Assembly (NCBI RefSeq): GCF_045129435.1 | Contig: NZ_JBGVJL010000193.1 | Span: forward strand, 20,447 to 84,446 | Direction: 5' to 3' | Length of the DNA: 64,000 nucleotides | Origin: Ruminococcus sp. | GTDB lineage: Bacteria; Bacillota; Clostridia; Oscillospirales; Acutalibacteraceae | In this document: piece after piece, positions 9,806 through 20,016 of the stretch | How the letters are laid out: each line of letters opens with the position of its first letter | Numbering within the stretch: position 1 is the stretch's first letter | The notes under the pieces: model-generated | What the model was told of the DNA's origin: nothing | Databases searched by the model: none | What the model saw: the letters and a program-made list of their open reading frames with translations, nothing else | Program-made: the position numbers and the translations under genes

Positions 9806-10873
9806 ATGTTTATAAAGGCAAATTTTCACAAAATATCAGCCGTATTGCTCTCCCTTGCAATTATAATTATATGCGTTCTGCTTTTGATTTTTTCAAAGGA
9901 ATGTGCAAGCGGTGCTTTTTCGGGAATTGAAATGTGCATTAATGTGCTGATTCCCTCACTTTTTCCGTTTATGGCTGTATCGTCTTTCATAATAAGGAGC
10001 GGTGTGTCAGACATTCTTGGCAAGCCGTTTAAAAAAATTATGAAAGGCATTTTCGGCTTGAGTCCTGCCTTTGCTCCTGTACTTTTGCTGTCGGTTACAG
10101 GAGGTTACCCGATTGGTGCAAAAAGCTGTAACGAGCTGTATAAAAACGGAACGGCTGATATTGAAGAATGTAAACGAGCAAGCCTTTTTATGGTGTGTGC
10201 GGGGCCGGGATTTCTCATAAGTTTTATCGGAATGTCAATTTATAACGATAGAAAAATAGGCACAATTATGCTTGTTTCCCAGATTTTGTCGGTACTTCTT
10301 ACAGGCATTGCGAATAGAATAATAAACAGAGGAAAAATTTCTTATAAAAGCAAGGCTTTAGGCGGTGTTAAGCTTAGTCTTACAAAATCTCTTGTGGAAG
10401 CGGTTGCAGACGCTTCAAAAGGTATGCTTTCAATATGCTCATTTGTAATTGCTTTTTCTGCGGTATCGGGAATAATTTCTGCTGTAATTGATGACGGACT
10501 TATAAAAACTGTTATTTTATCCGTATTAGAGGTCTGCACGGGCGTAAAGACGGTTTCAAGCGAACTGCCTGTGTGGGCAACCGCCTTTGTTGCAGGCTTT
10601 GGCGGAATATGCGTTCATTTTCAGATTTTTTCCGTACTCGGTAGCTTGAACATAAGCAAAATAAAGTTTTTCTGTTACAGAATTATACAAGGCTTATTGA
10701 CGGCAGTTTTTACTTATGCGGGTATGCAGATTTTTTATGATGCAAAGACTGTATTTTCGGTCGGGACAGTTACGGGCAGTTCAATTTACGGCGGCACAGC
10801 CTTTTCGGGGATTGTGCTTGCCGCACTTATGATATGCTTTTTGTATTCTCTTAAAAACTGTAAAAACAATTAA
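9806..10873 (+). CDS. ylbJ: Sporulation integral membrane protein, YlbJ-like
   Basis: LIPSLFPF, GGYPIGA, GPGF, FGGICVHFQ; multiple TMs. Confidence 0.8.
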   Translation: MFIKANFHKISAVLLSLAIIIICVLLLIFSKECASGAFSGIEMCINVLIPSLFPFMAVSSFIIRSGVSDILGKPFKKIMKGIFGLSPAFAPVLLLSVTGGYPIGAKSCNELYKNGTADIEECKRASLFMVCAGPGFLISFIGMSIYNDRKIGTIMLVSQILSVLLTGIANRIINRGKISYKSKALGGVKLSLTKSLVEAVADASKGMLSICSFVIAFSAVSGIISAVIDDGLIKTVILSVLEVCTGVKTVSSELPVWATAFVAGFGGICVHFQIFSVLGSLNISKIKFFCYRIIQGLLTAVFTYAGMQIFYDAKTVFSVGTVTGSSIYGGTAFSGIVLAALMICFLYSLKNCKNN

Positions 10874-10885
10874 CGGAGGTTACTT

Positions 10886-12718
10886 ATGTGTGGTATTGCC
10901 GGTTGGTTTGACAATGAAATTAATATGAGCGAACGGATTCCCGTTTTGTATGAGATGTCGCAAACGCTTAGCAAGCGAGGCCCTGACGAAAACGGACTAT
11001 ACATCAATAAAGGCTGTGCATTGCTCCACAGACGGCTTGTGGTTATTGACAAGGAAAACGGCAAACAGCCTATGGCGGCAAGGCACAAGGGCAAAACATA
11101 TATAATTGTCTATAACGGCGAATTATATAATACCGATGAACTCAGAGAAGACTTGAAAGCAAGCGGTTTTCATTTCAGAGGACACAGCGACACCGAGGTT
11201 GTGCTTAAAGCATATATGAAATACAAGGAAAAATGTGCCGATATGCTCAACGGTATTTTTGCTTTTGCAGTGTATGATGTGAGTGAAAACAGTATATTTT
11301 TATGCAGGGATAAAATCGGAGTAAAGCCGCTTTTCTACTATGAATACAACGGTGGAATATTGTTTGCGTCAGAAATAAAGGCATTGCTTGCAAGTAAAAT
11401 TGTAAAACCGCAGATTGACGAAACCGGACTGTATGAAATCTTTTTTTTAGGCCCTGCACGAACTCCGTCTTGCGGTGTTTTTAAAGGTGTAAAGGAATTA
11501 AAGCCCGGTGAAATGGCAATATACAAAGACCAAAAGCTCACTAAAAAAAGCTACTTTACAATTCAGGCAAAGGAGCACACAGACAGCATTGAGCAAAGCA
11601 TTGAAAAAACACGCTACCTGCTTACAGATGCTATAAATCGTCAGCTTGTAAGCGATGTGCCGTTATGTTTTTTCCTCTCAGGCGGACTTGACAGCAGTAT
11701 TATTGTAAAAACCGCCTCACAGTATTATAAAGAAAACAGACTCGGCAAAATCAACACCTACTCGGTTGAATACCGTGACAACGAAAAATACTTTAAAAAA
11801 AGCCTGTTTCAACCAAACGCTGATTTTGAATACATCTCGCTTATGTCACGCAATGCCGACAGCCGACACAGGGAAATTATTCTTGACAACAAGGCCGTTG
11901 CCGATGCACTATATGACAGCGTAAACGCAAGGGATTTGCCCGGGTATGTTGATGTAGATTCCTCTCTGCTTCTGTTTTGCGGTGAAATAAAAAAAGACTA
12001 CACAGTTGCCCTTTCGGGCGAATGTGCAGATGAGCTTTTCGGCGGTTATCCATGGTACCACAACAAAGACATTTTGTTTGAAGATAACTTTCCGTGGTCA
12101 AAATCGAAAGATGTAAGGTCGGGTATTCTTAAAGACGGCATATTGCCAAAAGGTGCGGAATATGTACGGCAAAAATACCTTGATACCGTTAACCTTGCAC
12201 CTAAACTAAAGACGGATTCTAAAATTGACGCACGAATGAGAGAGATGTTTTATCTTAATTTCTACTGGTTTATGCAATGCCTGCTCGAGCGAAAGGATCG
12301 CTGTTCAATGTACAACGGACTTGAAGTGCGTGTGCCGTTCTGTGATTACAGGCTTGCAGAATATGCCTACAATATGCCATGGGAAATCAAGGCTTACAAC
12401 AACAGAGAAAAAGGAATTGTACGCAAAGCTTTTGAGGATATTTTGCCGGAGGAAATATGTTGGCGAAAGAAAAGTCCATATCCAAAAACGCACAATCCGG
12501 TTTATTTTGAAATATGCAAAGAGCGTGTGTTAAATATTCTTAAAAAGAAAAATCAACTTACAGAATTACTCAGCTTTGACGGCATAATGAAAATAATTGA
12601 AAATCCAGAAAGCATCACAACTCCTTGGTACGGTCAACTTATGCAAGCACCACAGATACTTGCTTATATAATTGAGCTTGATTATTGGTTTGAAAAATAC
12701 AATGTTGAAATAGTTTAA
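10886..12718 (+). CDS. asnB: Asparagine synthase (glutamine-hydrolysing), AsnO/AsnB type
   Basis: MCGIAG Ntn cysteine, RGPD, YNGELYN, LSGGLDSS, SGECADE. Confidence 0.95.
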   Translation: MCGIAGWFDNEINMSERIPVLYEMSQTLSKRGPDENGLYINKGCALLHRRLVVIDKENGKQPMAARHKGKTYIIVYNGELYNTDELREDLKASGFHFRGHSDTEVVLKAYMKYKEKCADMLNGIFAFAVYDVSENSIFLCRDKIGVKPLFYYEYNGGILFASEIKALLASKIVKPQIDETGLYEIFFLGPARTPSCGVFKGVKELKPGEMAIYKDQKLTKKSYFTIQAKEHTDSIEQSIEKTRYLLTDAINRQLVSDVPLCFFLSGGLDSSIIVKTASQYYKENRLGKINTYSVEYRDNEKYFKKSLFQPNADFEYISLMSRNADSRHREIILDNKAVADALYDSVNARDLPGYVDVDSSLLLFCGEIKKDYTVALSGECADELFGGYPWYHNKDILFEDNFPWSKSKDVRSGILKDGILPKGAEYVRQKYLDTVNLAPKLKTDSKIDARMREMFYLNFYWFMQCLLERKDRCSMYNGLEVRVPFCDYRLAEYAYNMPWEIKAYNNREKGIVRKAFEDILPEEICWRKKSPYPKTHNPVYFEICKERVLNILKKKNQLTELLSFDGIMKIIENPESITTPWYGQLMQAPQILAYIIELDYWFEKYNVEIV

Positions 12719-12755
12719 AGCTTGTGATAAAATAAGCTAAAGAATTAAAAAGCGG

Positions 12756-13259
12756 GTGATTGTTATAACGCAAAAAATGTATTCGGCTATGGTAAATTTC
12801 TTTAAAAAAAATAAATTTTGCAATCTGATACTAAGATTCTGTTATAACTTTCTGCCATTCATAATGTTTTTTTCATACGGAATTTTGCTTGTGTTTATGC
12901 TGTTTTCCGATGCAAAAATCTTTGCAAGGGTATTGCTTGCACCGTTTACGGTATTTGCATTGGTAACGGTTTTCAGAAAAATATTCAACCGACAGCGACC
13001 TTACCAGAAATTCAAAATTGAATCGGTATTTGGCAAAGACAAAGACGGTGAAAGTATGCCGAGCAGACATACTTCATCTGCGTTTATAATTGCAATGGCA
13101 TTTATGTATGTAAGCATACCGCTTGGCATCGCCTATATGATAATCAGCGTATTGATTACAATTTCAAGAGTGCTTTCGGGAGTTCATTTTATAAGCGATG
13201 TAATCGCAGGTATGGCAATCTCACTTCTTTACGGCTATTTTTCATTTTTCATAATTTAA
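12756..13259 (+). CDS. PAP2-family membrane phosphatase
   Basis: R.RPY, SMPSRH, SRVLSGVHFISDV. Confidence 0.88.
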   Translation: MIVITQKMYSAMVNFFKKNKFCNLILRFCYNFLPFIMFFSYGILLVFMLFSDAKIFARVLLAPFTVFALVTVFRKIFNRQRPYQKFKIESVFGKDKDGESMPSRHTSSAFIIAMAFMYVSIPLGIAYMIISVLITISRVLSGVHFISDVIAGMAISLLYGYFSFFII

Positions 13260-13297
13260 AAAAAGTGCCTGGGCAAAATGCTCAGGCACAATTTTTT
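13258..13297. terminator. Bidirectional intrinsic terminator
   Basis: GTGCCTGGGCA-aaa-TGCTCAGGCAC flanked by A and T runs. Confidence 0.75.
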
Positions 13298-13313
13298 AAA
13301 TATTCAACTGTAA

Positions 13314-14339
13314 TTATTCAATTACCTTAATCCAACCCTTTGGAGCTTCAATTCTGCCCATCTGAATACCTGTGAGAGTTTCATAGAGCTTCTTAGTTAC
13401 AGGGCCCATTTCTTCCATACCGCTTGGGAAGCATATTTCCTTGCCGTGGTCATTGATCTTGCCAACAGGTGAGATAACGGCTGCTGTACCGCAAAGACCG
13501 CACTCTGCAAAATCCTTAACCTCGTCAAAGTAAACTTCTCTTTCCTCTACCTCAAGGCCAAGATACTCTTTTGCAACATACATAAGAGAACGGCGGGTGA
13601 TTGAAGGAAGAATGCTGTTTGACTTAGGAGTAACAACCTTACCGTCTTTTGTAACGAAGATAAAGTTTGCACCGCCTGTTTCCTCTACCTTTGTACGGGT
13701 AGCGGCATCAAGGTACATATTCTCGGCAAAGCCCTCTTCATGAGCTGTAACAATAGCATGTAAGCTCATTGCATAGTTAAGACCTGCTTTGATGTGACCG
13801 GTACCGTGTGGTGCGGCTCTGTCAAAGTCTGAAACCTTAATTGTGATTGGCTTTGCACCGCCCTTGAAGTATGGACCGACAGGTGTTGCAAAAAGTCTGA
13901 ACTGATACTCTGTTGACGGCTTAACACCGATAACAGGGCCAATACCGAACATATATGGACGAAGATAGAGTGTTGCACCTGAGCCGTATGGCGGAACATA
14001 GTCTGCATTTGCCTTTACAACCTTGCAAACTGCGTCAACAAACATATTCTCAGGGAGAACAGGCATTTCAAGTCTTTTGCAGGAATCCTGCATTCTTGCT
14101 GCGTTAAGGTCAGGTCTGAAAACTACAATTTTTCCGTCCTGAGTTGTATAAGCCTTTAAGCCTTCAAAGCAAGTCTGAGCATACTGCAAAACACCTGCAC
14201 ACTCACTCATTGTGATTGTTGCATCGGTTGTCATTGCACCATTGTCCCACTTGCCGTCTTTATAGTTAGCTACAAATCTTTCACCGGTAGGCATATAACC
14301 AAAACCGATATTTGCCCAATCAATATGCTGTTTTTCCAT
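13314..14339 (-). CDS. ilvE: Branched-chain amino acid aminotransferase
   Basis: YAQTCFEGLKAY, LYLRP, K.GLNY, E.GGAN, ILPSITR, GTAAVISP. Confidence 0.95.
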   Translation of the reverse strand: MEKQHIDWANIGFGYMPTGERFVANYKDGKWDNGAMTTDATITMSECAGVLQYAQTCFEGLKAYTTQDGKIVVFRPDLNAARMQDSCKRLEMPVLPENMFVDAVCKVVKANADYVPPYGSGATLYLRPYMFGIGPVIGVKPSTEYQFRLFATPVGPYFKGGAKPITIKVSDFDRAAPHGTGHIKAGLNYAMSLHAIVTAHEEGFAENMYLDAATRTKVEETGGANFIFVTKDGKVVTPKSNSILPSITRRSLMYVAKEYLGLEVEEREVYFDEVKDFAECGLCGTAAVISPVGKINDHGKEICFPSGMEEMGPVTKKLYETLTGIQMGRIEAPKGWIKVIE

Positions 14340-14623
14340 AATATATTACTTCCTTTCATTGTAGGCAAAATCTGTTATAAGTATATATTATACTTATTAT
14401 CGTGATTTGTCAACAATTAAAGCGAGATTATTAGTATATAAAGGTATATTTTGTACCAATTTTTCTACTTTCAACAAACTACAATTCCTTTTACGAATTA
14501 AAGCGGTAAATTTTAGCATATTTATTAATTTTACAAGTATATTTATAAATCAAAAAGGTTCAGAGATTGCATACATTTTTTACCAAAAATGCAATTTGCA
14601 AATTCTGAACCTTCATTTTTATT

Positions 14624-14932
14624 TTAACAAATTATAAACTCGCACACAAACACAAGTGCACAACAGATTACCGACACCTTGAAAAGTCCTGCGTCAAACC
14701 ATGCCGCCACAAGACCTGCCGCAAAGGCTAATGCACCTGCAATCGGGCTTTGTGTGGCATTGATTATTGCCGGAAATGTCATTACAGAAAGCGTTACATA
14801 CGGCACATAATAAAGGAATGATTTTACAAACCTATTTGTAAATTGCTTTTTCACAAGTGTGAGAGGCAATACTCTTATGGCAAAGGTCACACCAGCCATT
14901 ATGAGTATGTAAATATACGGATTATGCGTCAT
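14624..14932 (-). CDS. azlD: AzlD-family branched-chain amino acid exporter subunit
   Basis: MAGVTFAIRVLP...FLYYVPY; overlaps azlC. Confidence 0.85.
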   Translation of the reverse strand: MTHNPYIYILIMAGVTFAIRVLPLTLVKKQFTNRFVKSFLYYVPYVTLSVMTFPAIINATQSPIAGALAFAAGLVAAWFDAGLFKVSVICCALVFVCEFIIC

Positions 14933-15665
14933 TTTCTTTGCCCTCCTCATCTTTTATCGGGAAAAGCAATGCTGCAACTGCCGAAATAACTACAGTAAGT
15001 ATAATTGTTCGTGTGCCCTCGGAAATCTGACTGATTATTGGCAGATATGCAAAAGCAAGACTTAATATAAAACTTACAATCACTATACCCATAAGCGGTT
15101 TGTTTGTCTTTGTCGGCGGTACAATTATGGCAAGGAACATTCCAAACAATGCCACACTCAAGGCACTCACCACTCTTAGAGGCAGAATATTACCTGCTAT
15201 TGTGCCGAGTGCTGTGCCAACCGCCCAGCAGGGACCGGCAAAAAGGATTGCACCGTATGTGTAATACGGATTTACACTTCCCTTGCGTGAAATTGTAATA
15301 CCAAAAAATTCATCGGTTATAAAAAAGCCGAGCAAAAGTCTGTGAATAAGCTTAGTGCCACTTTCTATTCTCTGGCTTAAAGCACAGCTCATCAAAAGAT
15401 ACCTTGCATTTGCAATAAGCGTTACAACTGCCATTTCAAAGAATGTAGCGTCTGCCGCAATTACGGTAAATCCTGAGTATTCGCCTGCCGAGGCATTGCA
15501 AAGCAAGCTTGCCAGAAAGCTCTGAAATGCGGTAAGTCCTGCGTTTTTTGCGGCAATACCTAAGGAAAATGACACCGCAAGATAGCCAAGTCCTATTGGG
15601 ATTCCGTCACGAAGTCCCTGTGCAATAACCTTTCGGTTAGTTTTTATTAAATTTTTTCCACCCAT
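14922..15665 (-). CDS. azlC: AzlC-family permease
   Basis: PIGLGY, ASAGE, NARYLLMS, TDEFF. Confidence 0.9.
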   Translation of the reverse strand: MGGKNLIKTNRKVIAQGLRDGIPIGLGYLAVSFSLGIAAKNAGLTAFQSFLASLLCNASAGEYSGFTVIAADATFFEMAVVTLIANARYLLMSCALSQRIESGTKLIHRLLLGFFITDEFFGITISRKGSVNPYYTYGAILFAGPCWAVGTALGTIAGNILPLRVVSALSVALFGMFLAIIVPPTKTNKPLMGIVIVSFILSLAFAYLPIISQISEGTRTIILTVVISAVAALLFPIKDEEGKENDA

Positions 15666-15745
15666 TTTTAACTCCATAAATTTTATTATTAAAATGCACA
15701 AACAGCCAACCGCTCAATGCAGTCGGCTAAGCTAAAAAAAATCGC

Positions 15746-16036
15746 TCAGACAATATTCAAAATATCTGTAAAGCCTGTTGCATTAAAAACATCGAGCACA
15801 GCTTCATTCACATTTGAAACTGTAAGTCCGCCCTTTGCTGACATCTTCTTGTGCAAGGTAAGCACAACACGCAAACCGGCAGAGGAAATATATTCAAGCT
15901 TTGCAAGGTTTAGTGTAAGAGTGTTTACGCTGTCAGCAATATTTTCATTTTCAAGCTGTGGTGCTGTGAGAGTATCAAGCCTGCCCTCAAGTGAAAGTGT
16001 AAGCTCATCACCGTTTTCGGTTCTTATAATTTTCAT
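15746..16036 (-). CDS. STAS-domain anti-sigma factor antagonist (RsbV/SpoIIAA-like)
   Basis: GRLD..TAP, YISSAGLR with the phosphorylatable Ser. Confidence 0.9.
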   Translation of the reverse strand: MKIIRTENGDELTLSLEGRLDTLTAPQLENENIADSVNTLTLNLAKLEYISSAGLRVVLTLHKKMSAKGGLTVSNVNEAVLDVFNATGFTDILNIV

Positions 16037-16058
16037 AGTTTATCTCCCGCATAATTAA

Positions 16059-16478
16059 TCAGTTGAGATGCTTTTCAATCGAAAAGACATTAGTTTTGTT
16101 CTTATATTCGTAATCGCACTTATCCATAACCTGCTTTACAAGAAAAACACCGAGTCCGCCAATCTGCCTTTTTTCCGCCTCAAGCGTAATGTCCGGGTCT
16201 GTTCTTGCAAGCGGATTGTACGGTTTTCCTGTATCTTCAAATGTAATTCTCAGGCTAAGTGGTTCAGGTAGAATTTCAAAGCTTATATTCACCGTTCCTC
16301 CACTCTCTGCATAAGCATAGCTGCAGATATTTACAAAAATTTCCTCTACGGCAAGCTCAAGCTGAATCTGTGTTTTCGGCATTACATCATATGGATTTAA
16401 GAATTCATCAAGAAAATCCGTCAGCTTTGAAAGATTTTCTTTATTTGCACTTAGCGTTAATTTTTTCATATTCTGCAC
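16059..16478 (-). CDS. Anti-sigma factor Ser kinase (RsbW-like HATPase_c_2)
   Basis: LAVEEIFVNI..YAY, D.G.PYNP, GGLG.FLV. Confidence 0.9.
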   Translation of the reverse strand: MQNMKKLTLSANKENLSKLTDFLDEFLNPYDVMPKTQIQLELAVEEIFVNICSYAYAESGGTVNISFEILPEPLSLRITFEDTGKPYNPLARTDPDITLEAEKRQIGGLGVFLVKQVMDKCDYEYKNKTNVFSIEKHLN

Positions 16479-18230
16479 CTACTCTATTCTTAAAGCAAGC
16501 AAAGTCAGATCGTCAAATTGCTCCTGACCGTCTGCAAAATTACTTACGCTGTTTTCTACTGCATTCACAAGGTCTTTTACAGAGACATTTTTATTCTTAT
16601 TAAGAATATTTTTTAGTCTCTCCTCACCATACATATTGCCTGTAGCTGAGTTTGCCTCTGTTACTCCGTCAGTGTATAGCACAACTGTGTCACCCTTATT
16701 AAGTGTTGTAGAAAATTCCTTGTATTTAAAATCATCAAGACCTGCAAGCACAAAGCCCGGCTTTATTTTTACATAATCAAACTCTTTGTTGTTTCGCATA
16801 AGTAAAGGTGCGTTATGTCCTGCGTTTGAATATATAAACTCGCCTGTTTTAATATTAAGAAGTCCGATAAATGCGGTTACAAACATATTTGCATCGTTTT
16901 GACTGCACAATACCTCGTTTGTTTTGGTAAGAATTTCTGACGGAGTTTTGCCAGAATCGTAGAACATATGAAGAATAACCTTTGTCATTGCCATAAACAT
17001 TGCGGCAGGCACACCCTTACCCGACACATCAGCAATTACAACCGCCATATGCTCGTCATCAACAGCAAAGCAATCATAAAAATCACCGCCTACCATTTTG
17101 GCAGGAGTCATATCTGCACTTACAGACACATTAAATTTGTTAAGTTCATCGAAATTTTTCGGTAAAATTCCTCGCTGAATTTTTGATGCAACATTAAGCT
17201 CAGCTACCATTTTCTCTCGTTCAGCTGTGCTTTTTTTTATATTATCGGTGTAAACCTCAATATCAGTCAGCATTTTTTCTATTACCTTAGCCATATTGCC
17301 AACCTCGGAATCAATACCTGCAAATTTTTTACATTCATTTATTATAGCTTTATTGTCAAAATTGCCGTCTGTACCATATTCTGAAATTGAAGTAGATATA
17401 GACTTAATCGGAATAACAAAGCTTTTTTCTGTGTAGAGCAGTACCCTTGCAATAATAATGATATAAAGATTGATTACTACACCTGCAAAAATATAGATTG
17501 TTTCCCACAATTTAATATCATCAACAACTACAGCAGATAAAAAGAAGTAGCAAAACACTGTAATGATAGCAGTAAAAATCAAACCTGCACACATAAATTG
17601 GTATATCATTTTTTCGTTAAAGGACGCAACATCTTTTTGTTCGTTGCCAAGCTTTTCAGCCTTATTTTTGGGGATAATAAATCTTATATTTTTCTTTGAT
17701 AAAAAAGCAACAAAAGGTATGCCAAGCAATACACCGAAATCAAGGTTATTAAAAAATATGATTAATGTCGTGTTGTTTATAAAATCGGAATGAGTATTGA
17801 ACATAATCATAAATCCAAGCAAGCCGGCATTGAGAAGTGAACTGATAAGCACAATAACACCAAAGCGAACTACCTTTGATATTTTATCAAAGCGTGGGTA
17901 AAGCGAAATATCCTTATCCACCACAAAGTCGCTATACCACAAATGATGCACAATATAGCTTGTAAAAAGCTGAATAAAAAAACTTTCAACACACATAGGT
18001 GCAGATAGTCCGAACACAATATCACCGGCAAGATTGCCGAGAGAACAACCTAATGCACCCCAAAATCCAAAAAATAATGAGCATACAGGAGGCAGAATTG
18101 CCGCAGGTCTTAGCTCCGTCATACTTGTAAGCTGAAAAAAGGATCTGAACGGGACACAAACGCAGAAAAATGCCACACCGCAAATCAGGGTTAAAAGCAA
18201 TTTATACCTAAGGTCATTTTTAACTTTCAT
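16479..18230 (-). CDS. Membrane-bound SpoIIE/RsbU-family PP2C phosphatase
   Basis: N-terminal multi-TM region, HAMP-like linker, VGGDFYD, IADVSGKG, NAGH, LYTDGVTEA, DDLT. Confidence 0.9.
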   Translation of the reverse strand: MKVKNDLRYKLLLTLICGVAFFCVCVPFRSFFQLTSMTELRPAAILPPVCSLFFGFWGALGCSLGNLAGDIVFGLSAPMCVESFFIQLFTSYIVHHLWYSDFVVDKDISLYPRFDKISKVVRFGVIVLISSLLNAGLLGFMIMFNTHSDFINNTTLIIFFNNLDFGVLLGIPFVAFLSKKNIRFIIPKNKAEKLGNEQKDVASFNEKMIYQFMCAGLIFTAIITVFCYFFLSAVVVDDIKLWETIYIFAGVVINLYIIIIARVLLYTEKSFVIPIKSISTSISEYGTDGNFDNKAIINECKKFAGIDSEVGNMAKVIEKMLTDIEVYTDNIKKSTAEREKMVAELNVASKIQRGILPKNFDELNKFNVSVSADMTPAKMVGGDFYDCFAVDDEHMAVVIADVSGKGVPAAMFMAMTKVILHMFYDSGKTPSEILTKTNEVLCSQNDANMFVTAFIGLLNIKTGEFIYSNAGHNAPLLMRNNKEFDYVKIKPGFVLAGLDDFKYKEFSTTLNKGDTVVLYTDGVTEANSATGNMYGEERLKNILNKNKNVSVKDLVNAVENSVSNFADGQEQFDDLTLLALRIE

Positions 18231-18291
18231 TGCATCACCTCAAAAAGTACTTACCTAATTATAGCATATTAATATTACTTTTTAAATAACA

Positions 18292-18316
18292 AAAAGGCAG
18301 TAAAAACTGCCCTTTT
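18292..18316 (-). terminator. Intrinsic terminator after the purF-like gene
   Basis: GGCAGT/ACTGCC stem with flanking A/T runs. Confidence 0.6.
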
Positions 18317-18327
18317 GACAAATTTTA

Positions 18328-19737
18328 TTATTCCTCGCCATTCCAGCAGTAGGTACAAAGCTTGCACTTATCAATACCGCAGGAATCAAGCATATCATCA
18401 AGACGATTAAAGCGAAGTGAAGTAAACTTAAGCTCCTTGCAAATCTCGTCAACCATCTTCTCATACTTTTCTGAATCAGGATTAGTATATTCCTTTAACA
18501 CCTCATCAGTAACATTACCGTTTTCAAGTCTTTCAATAACTCTTCTTGTGATAAGATCCATTTCAGATGATGAGCGTGAGAAGTTCAGGTATTTACAACC
18601 ATAAACAAGCGGCGGACAAGCCGGTCTGATGTGAACCTCCTTTGCACCGCTCTCAAAAAGGTACTCAGTAGTTTCTCTAAGCTGTGTGCCACGAACGATT
18701 GAGTCATCAATCAAAAGCAAGCTCTTATCTCTGATTAAATCTTCAACAGCAAGCAGCTTCATCTTTGCAATAAGGTTACGCTGGCTCTGAATTGTCGGCA
18801 TAAATGATCTTGGCCATGTCGGGGTGTATTTAATGAACGGTCTTGAGAACGGAATACCCGAAGCGTTTGCATAACCAACTGCGTGTGCAATACCGGAGTC
18901 AGGCACACCTGCTACAACATCAGGCTTTACATTATCTCTCTCAGCCATTTTTTCACCGCAATGGTAACGCATCTGCTCAACGCTCATTCCCTCATATGAA
19001 CTTGCAGGATAGCCGTAATAAACCCAAAGAAATGTGCAGATTTTCATTTCATCACCGGGCTTTTTGAGTGTAACGCAGTTTTTAGCCGTAATAACAGCAA
19101 TTTCACCGGGGCCTAATTCCTTATAATTGCTGTAACCGAGATTTTTGTATGCAAAGCTTTCAAATGCGGCACAGAATGCGTCCTCTTTTTTGCCGATAAC
19201 TATAGGAGTTCTGCCATACTTATCTCTTGCACAATAAATGCCGTTTGGATTCATAAGCAAAAGAGAAAGCGAACCGTCAACCTTTTCGAGTGCATAGTTA
19301 ATGCCGTCAACAAGGTTTTCTTTCTGGTTAATTAATGTAGCAACAAGCTCTGTAGGATTGATTTCACCACCGCTCATCTCAAGGAAATGAGAATTTCCGT
19401 TTGAGAAAATCTCCTCCACAAGCTCGTTTGTATTGTTAATCTTGCTTACTGTTGTGATAGCATATGTACCGTGATGTGAGCGTACCATAAGCGGCTGTGG
19501 CTCATAGTCAGAAATACAGCCAATGCCGAGTCTGCCCTTCATCTGCTGCATATCCTTATCAAACTTAGTTCTGAAAGGTGCGTTTTCAATGTTATGAATT
19601 GATCTGTCAAAGCCTCTTTCATCGTCATAAACTACCATACCGCCTCTTCTTGTGCCAAGATGTGAATGATAGTCAATACCAAAATACAAATCAAATACGC
19701 AGTCGTCCTTGGCTGCTACTCCCATATATCCACCCAT
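18328..19737 (-). CDS. purF: Amidophosphoribosyltransferase paralogue lacking the N-terminal catalytic Cys
   Basis: PRT motifs GVPDSG, RSFMP..Q..R...KMKL, DDSIVRGT; Fe-S Cys in KICTF, YGCKY, LCTYCW; N-terminus is MGGYMG. Confidence 0.85.
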   Translation of the reverse strand: MGGYMGVAAKDDCVFDLYFGIDYHSHLGTRRGGMVVYDDERGFDRSIHNIENAPFRTKFDKDMQQMKGRLGIGCISDYEPQPLMVRSHHGTYAITTVSKINNTNELVEEIFSNGNSHFLEMSGGEINPTELVATLINQKENLVDGINYALEKVDGSLSLLLMNPNGIYCARDKYGRTPIVIGKKEDAFCAAFESFAYKNLGYSNYKELGPGEIAVITAKNCVTLKKPGDEMKICTFLWVYYGYPASSYEGMSVEQMRYHCGEKMAERDNVKPDVVAGVPDSGIAHAVGYANASGIPFSRPFIKYTPTWPRSFMPTIQSQRNLIAKMKLLAVEDLIRDKSLLLIDDSIVRGTQLRETTEYLFESGAKEVHIRPACPPLVYGCKYLNFSRSSSEMDLITRRVIERLENGNVTDEVLKEYTNPDSEKYEKMVDEICKELKFTSLRFNRLDDMLDSCGIDKCKLCTYCWNGEE

Positions 19738-20016
19738 ATTTTTTCTCCTTTATAATTCAGTATAAAACTGCAACCCAAATACAGTTATATTTTATTATAT
19801 TATTATTTTGTCCTGTTGTCTATACAAAAATAAAAATTATATCTTAATATTATTATGCAGTGATATACTTTTTTGCTTATTTGTTTAACTATATTAAATT
19901 TTAAGCAAAAAATCACAATTATTTTTTATAAAAGATTTACACAAGGTTAATTTTATGTTATAATATAGTTAATTCTTATTAAAACAGTATATATTCTTAC
20001 AAAAGGAAAATTTATT

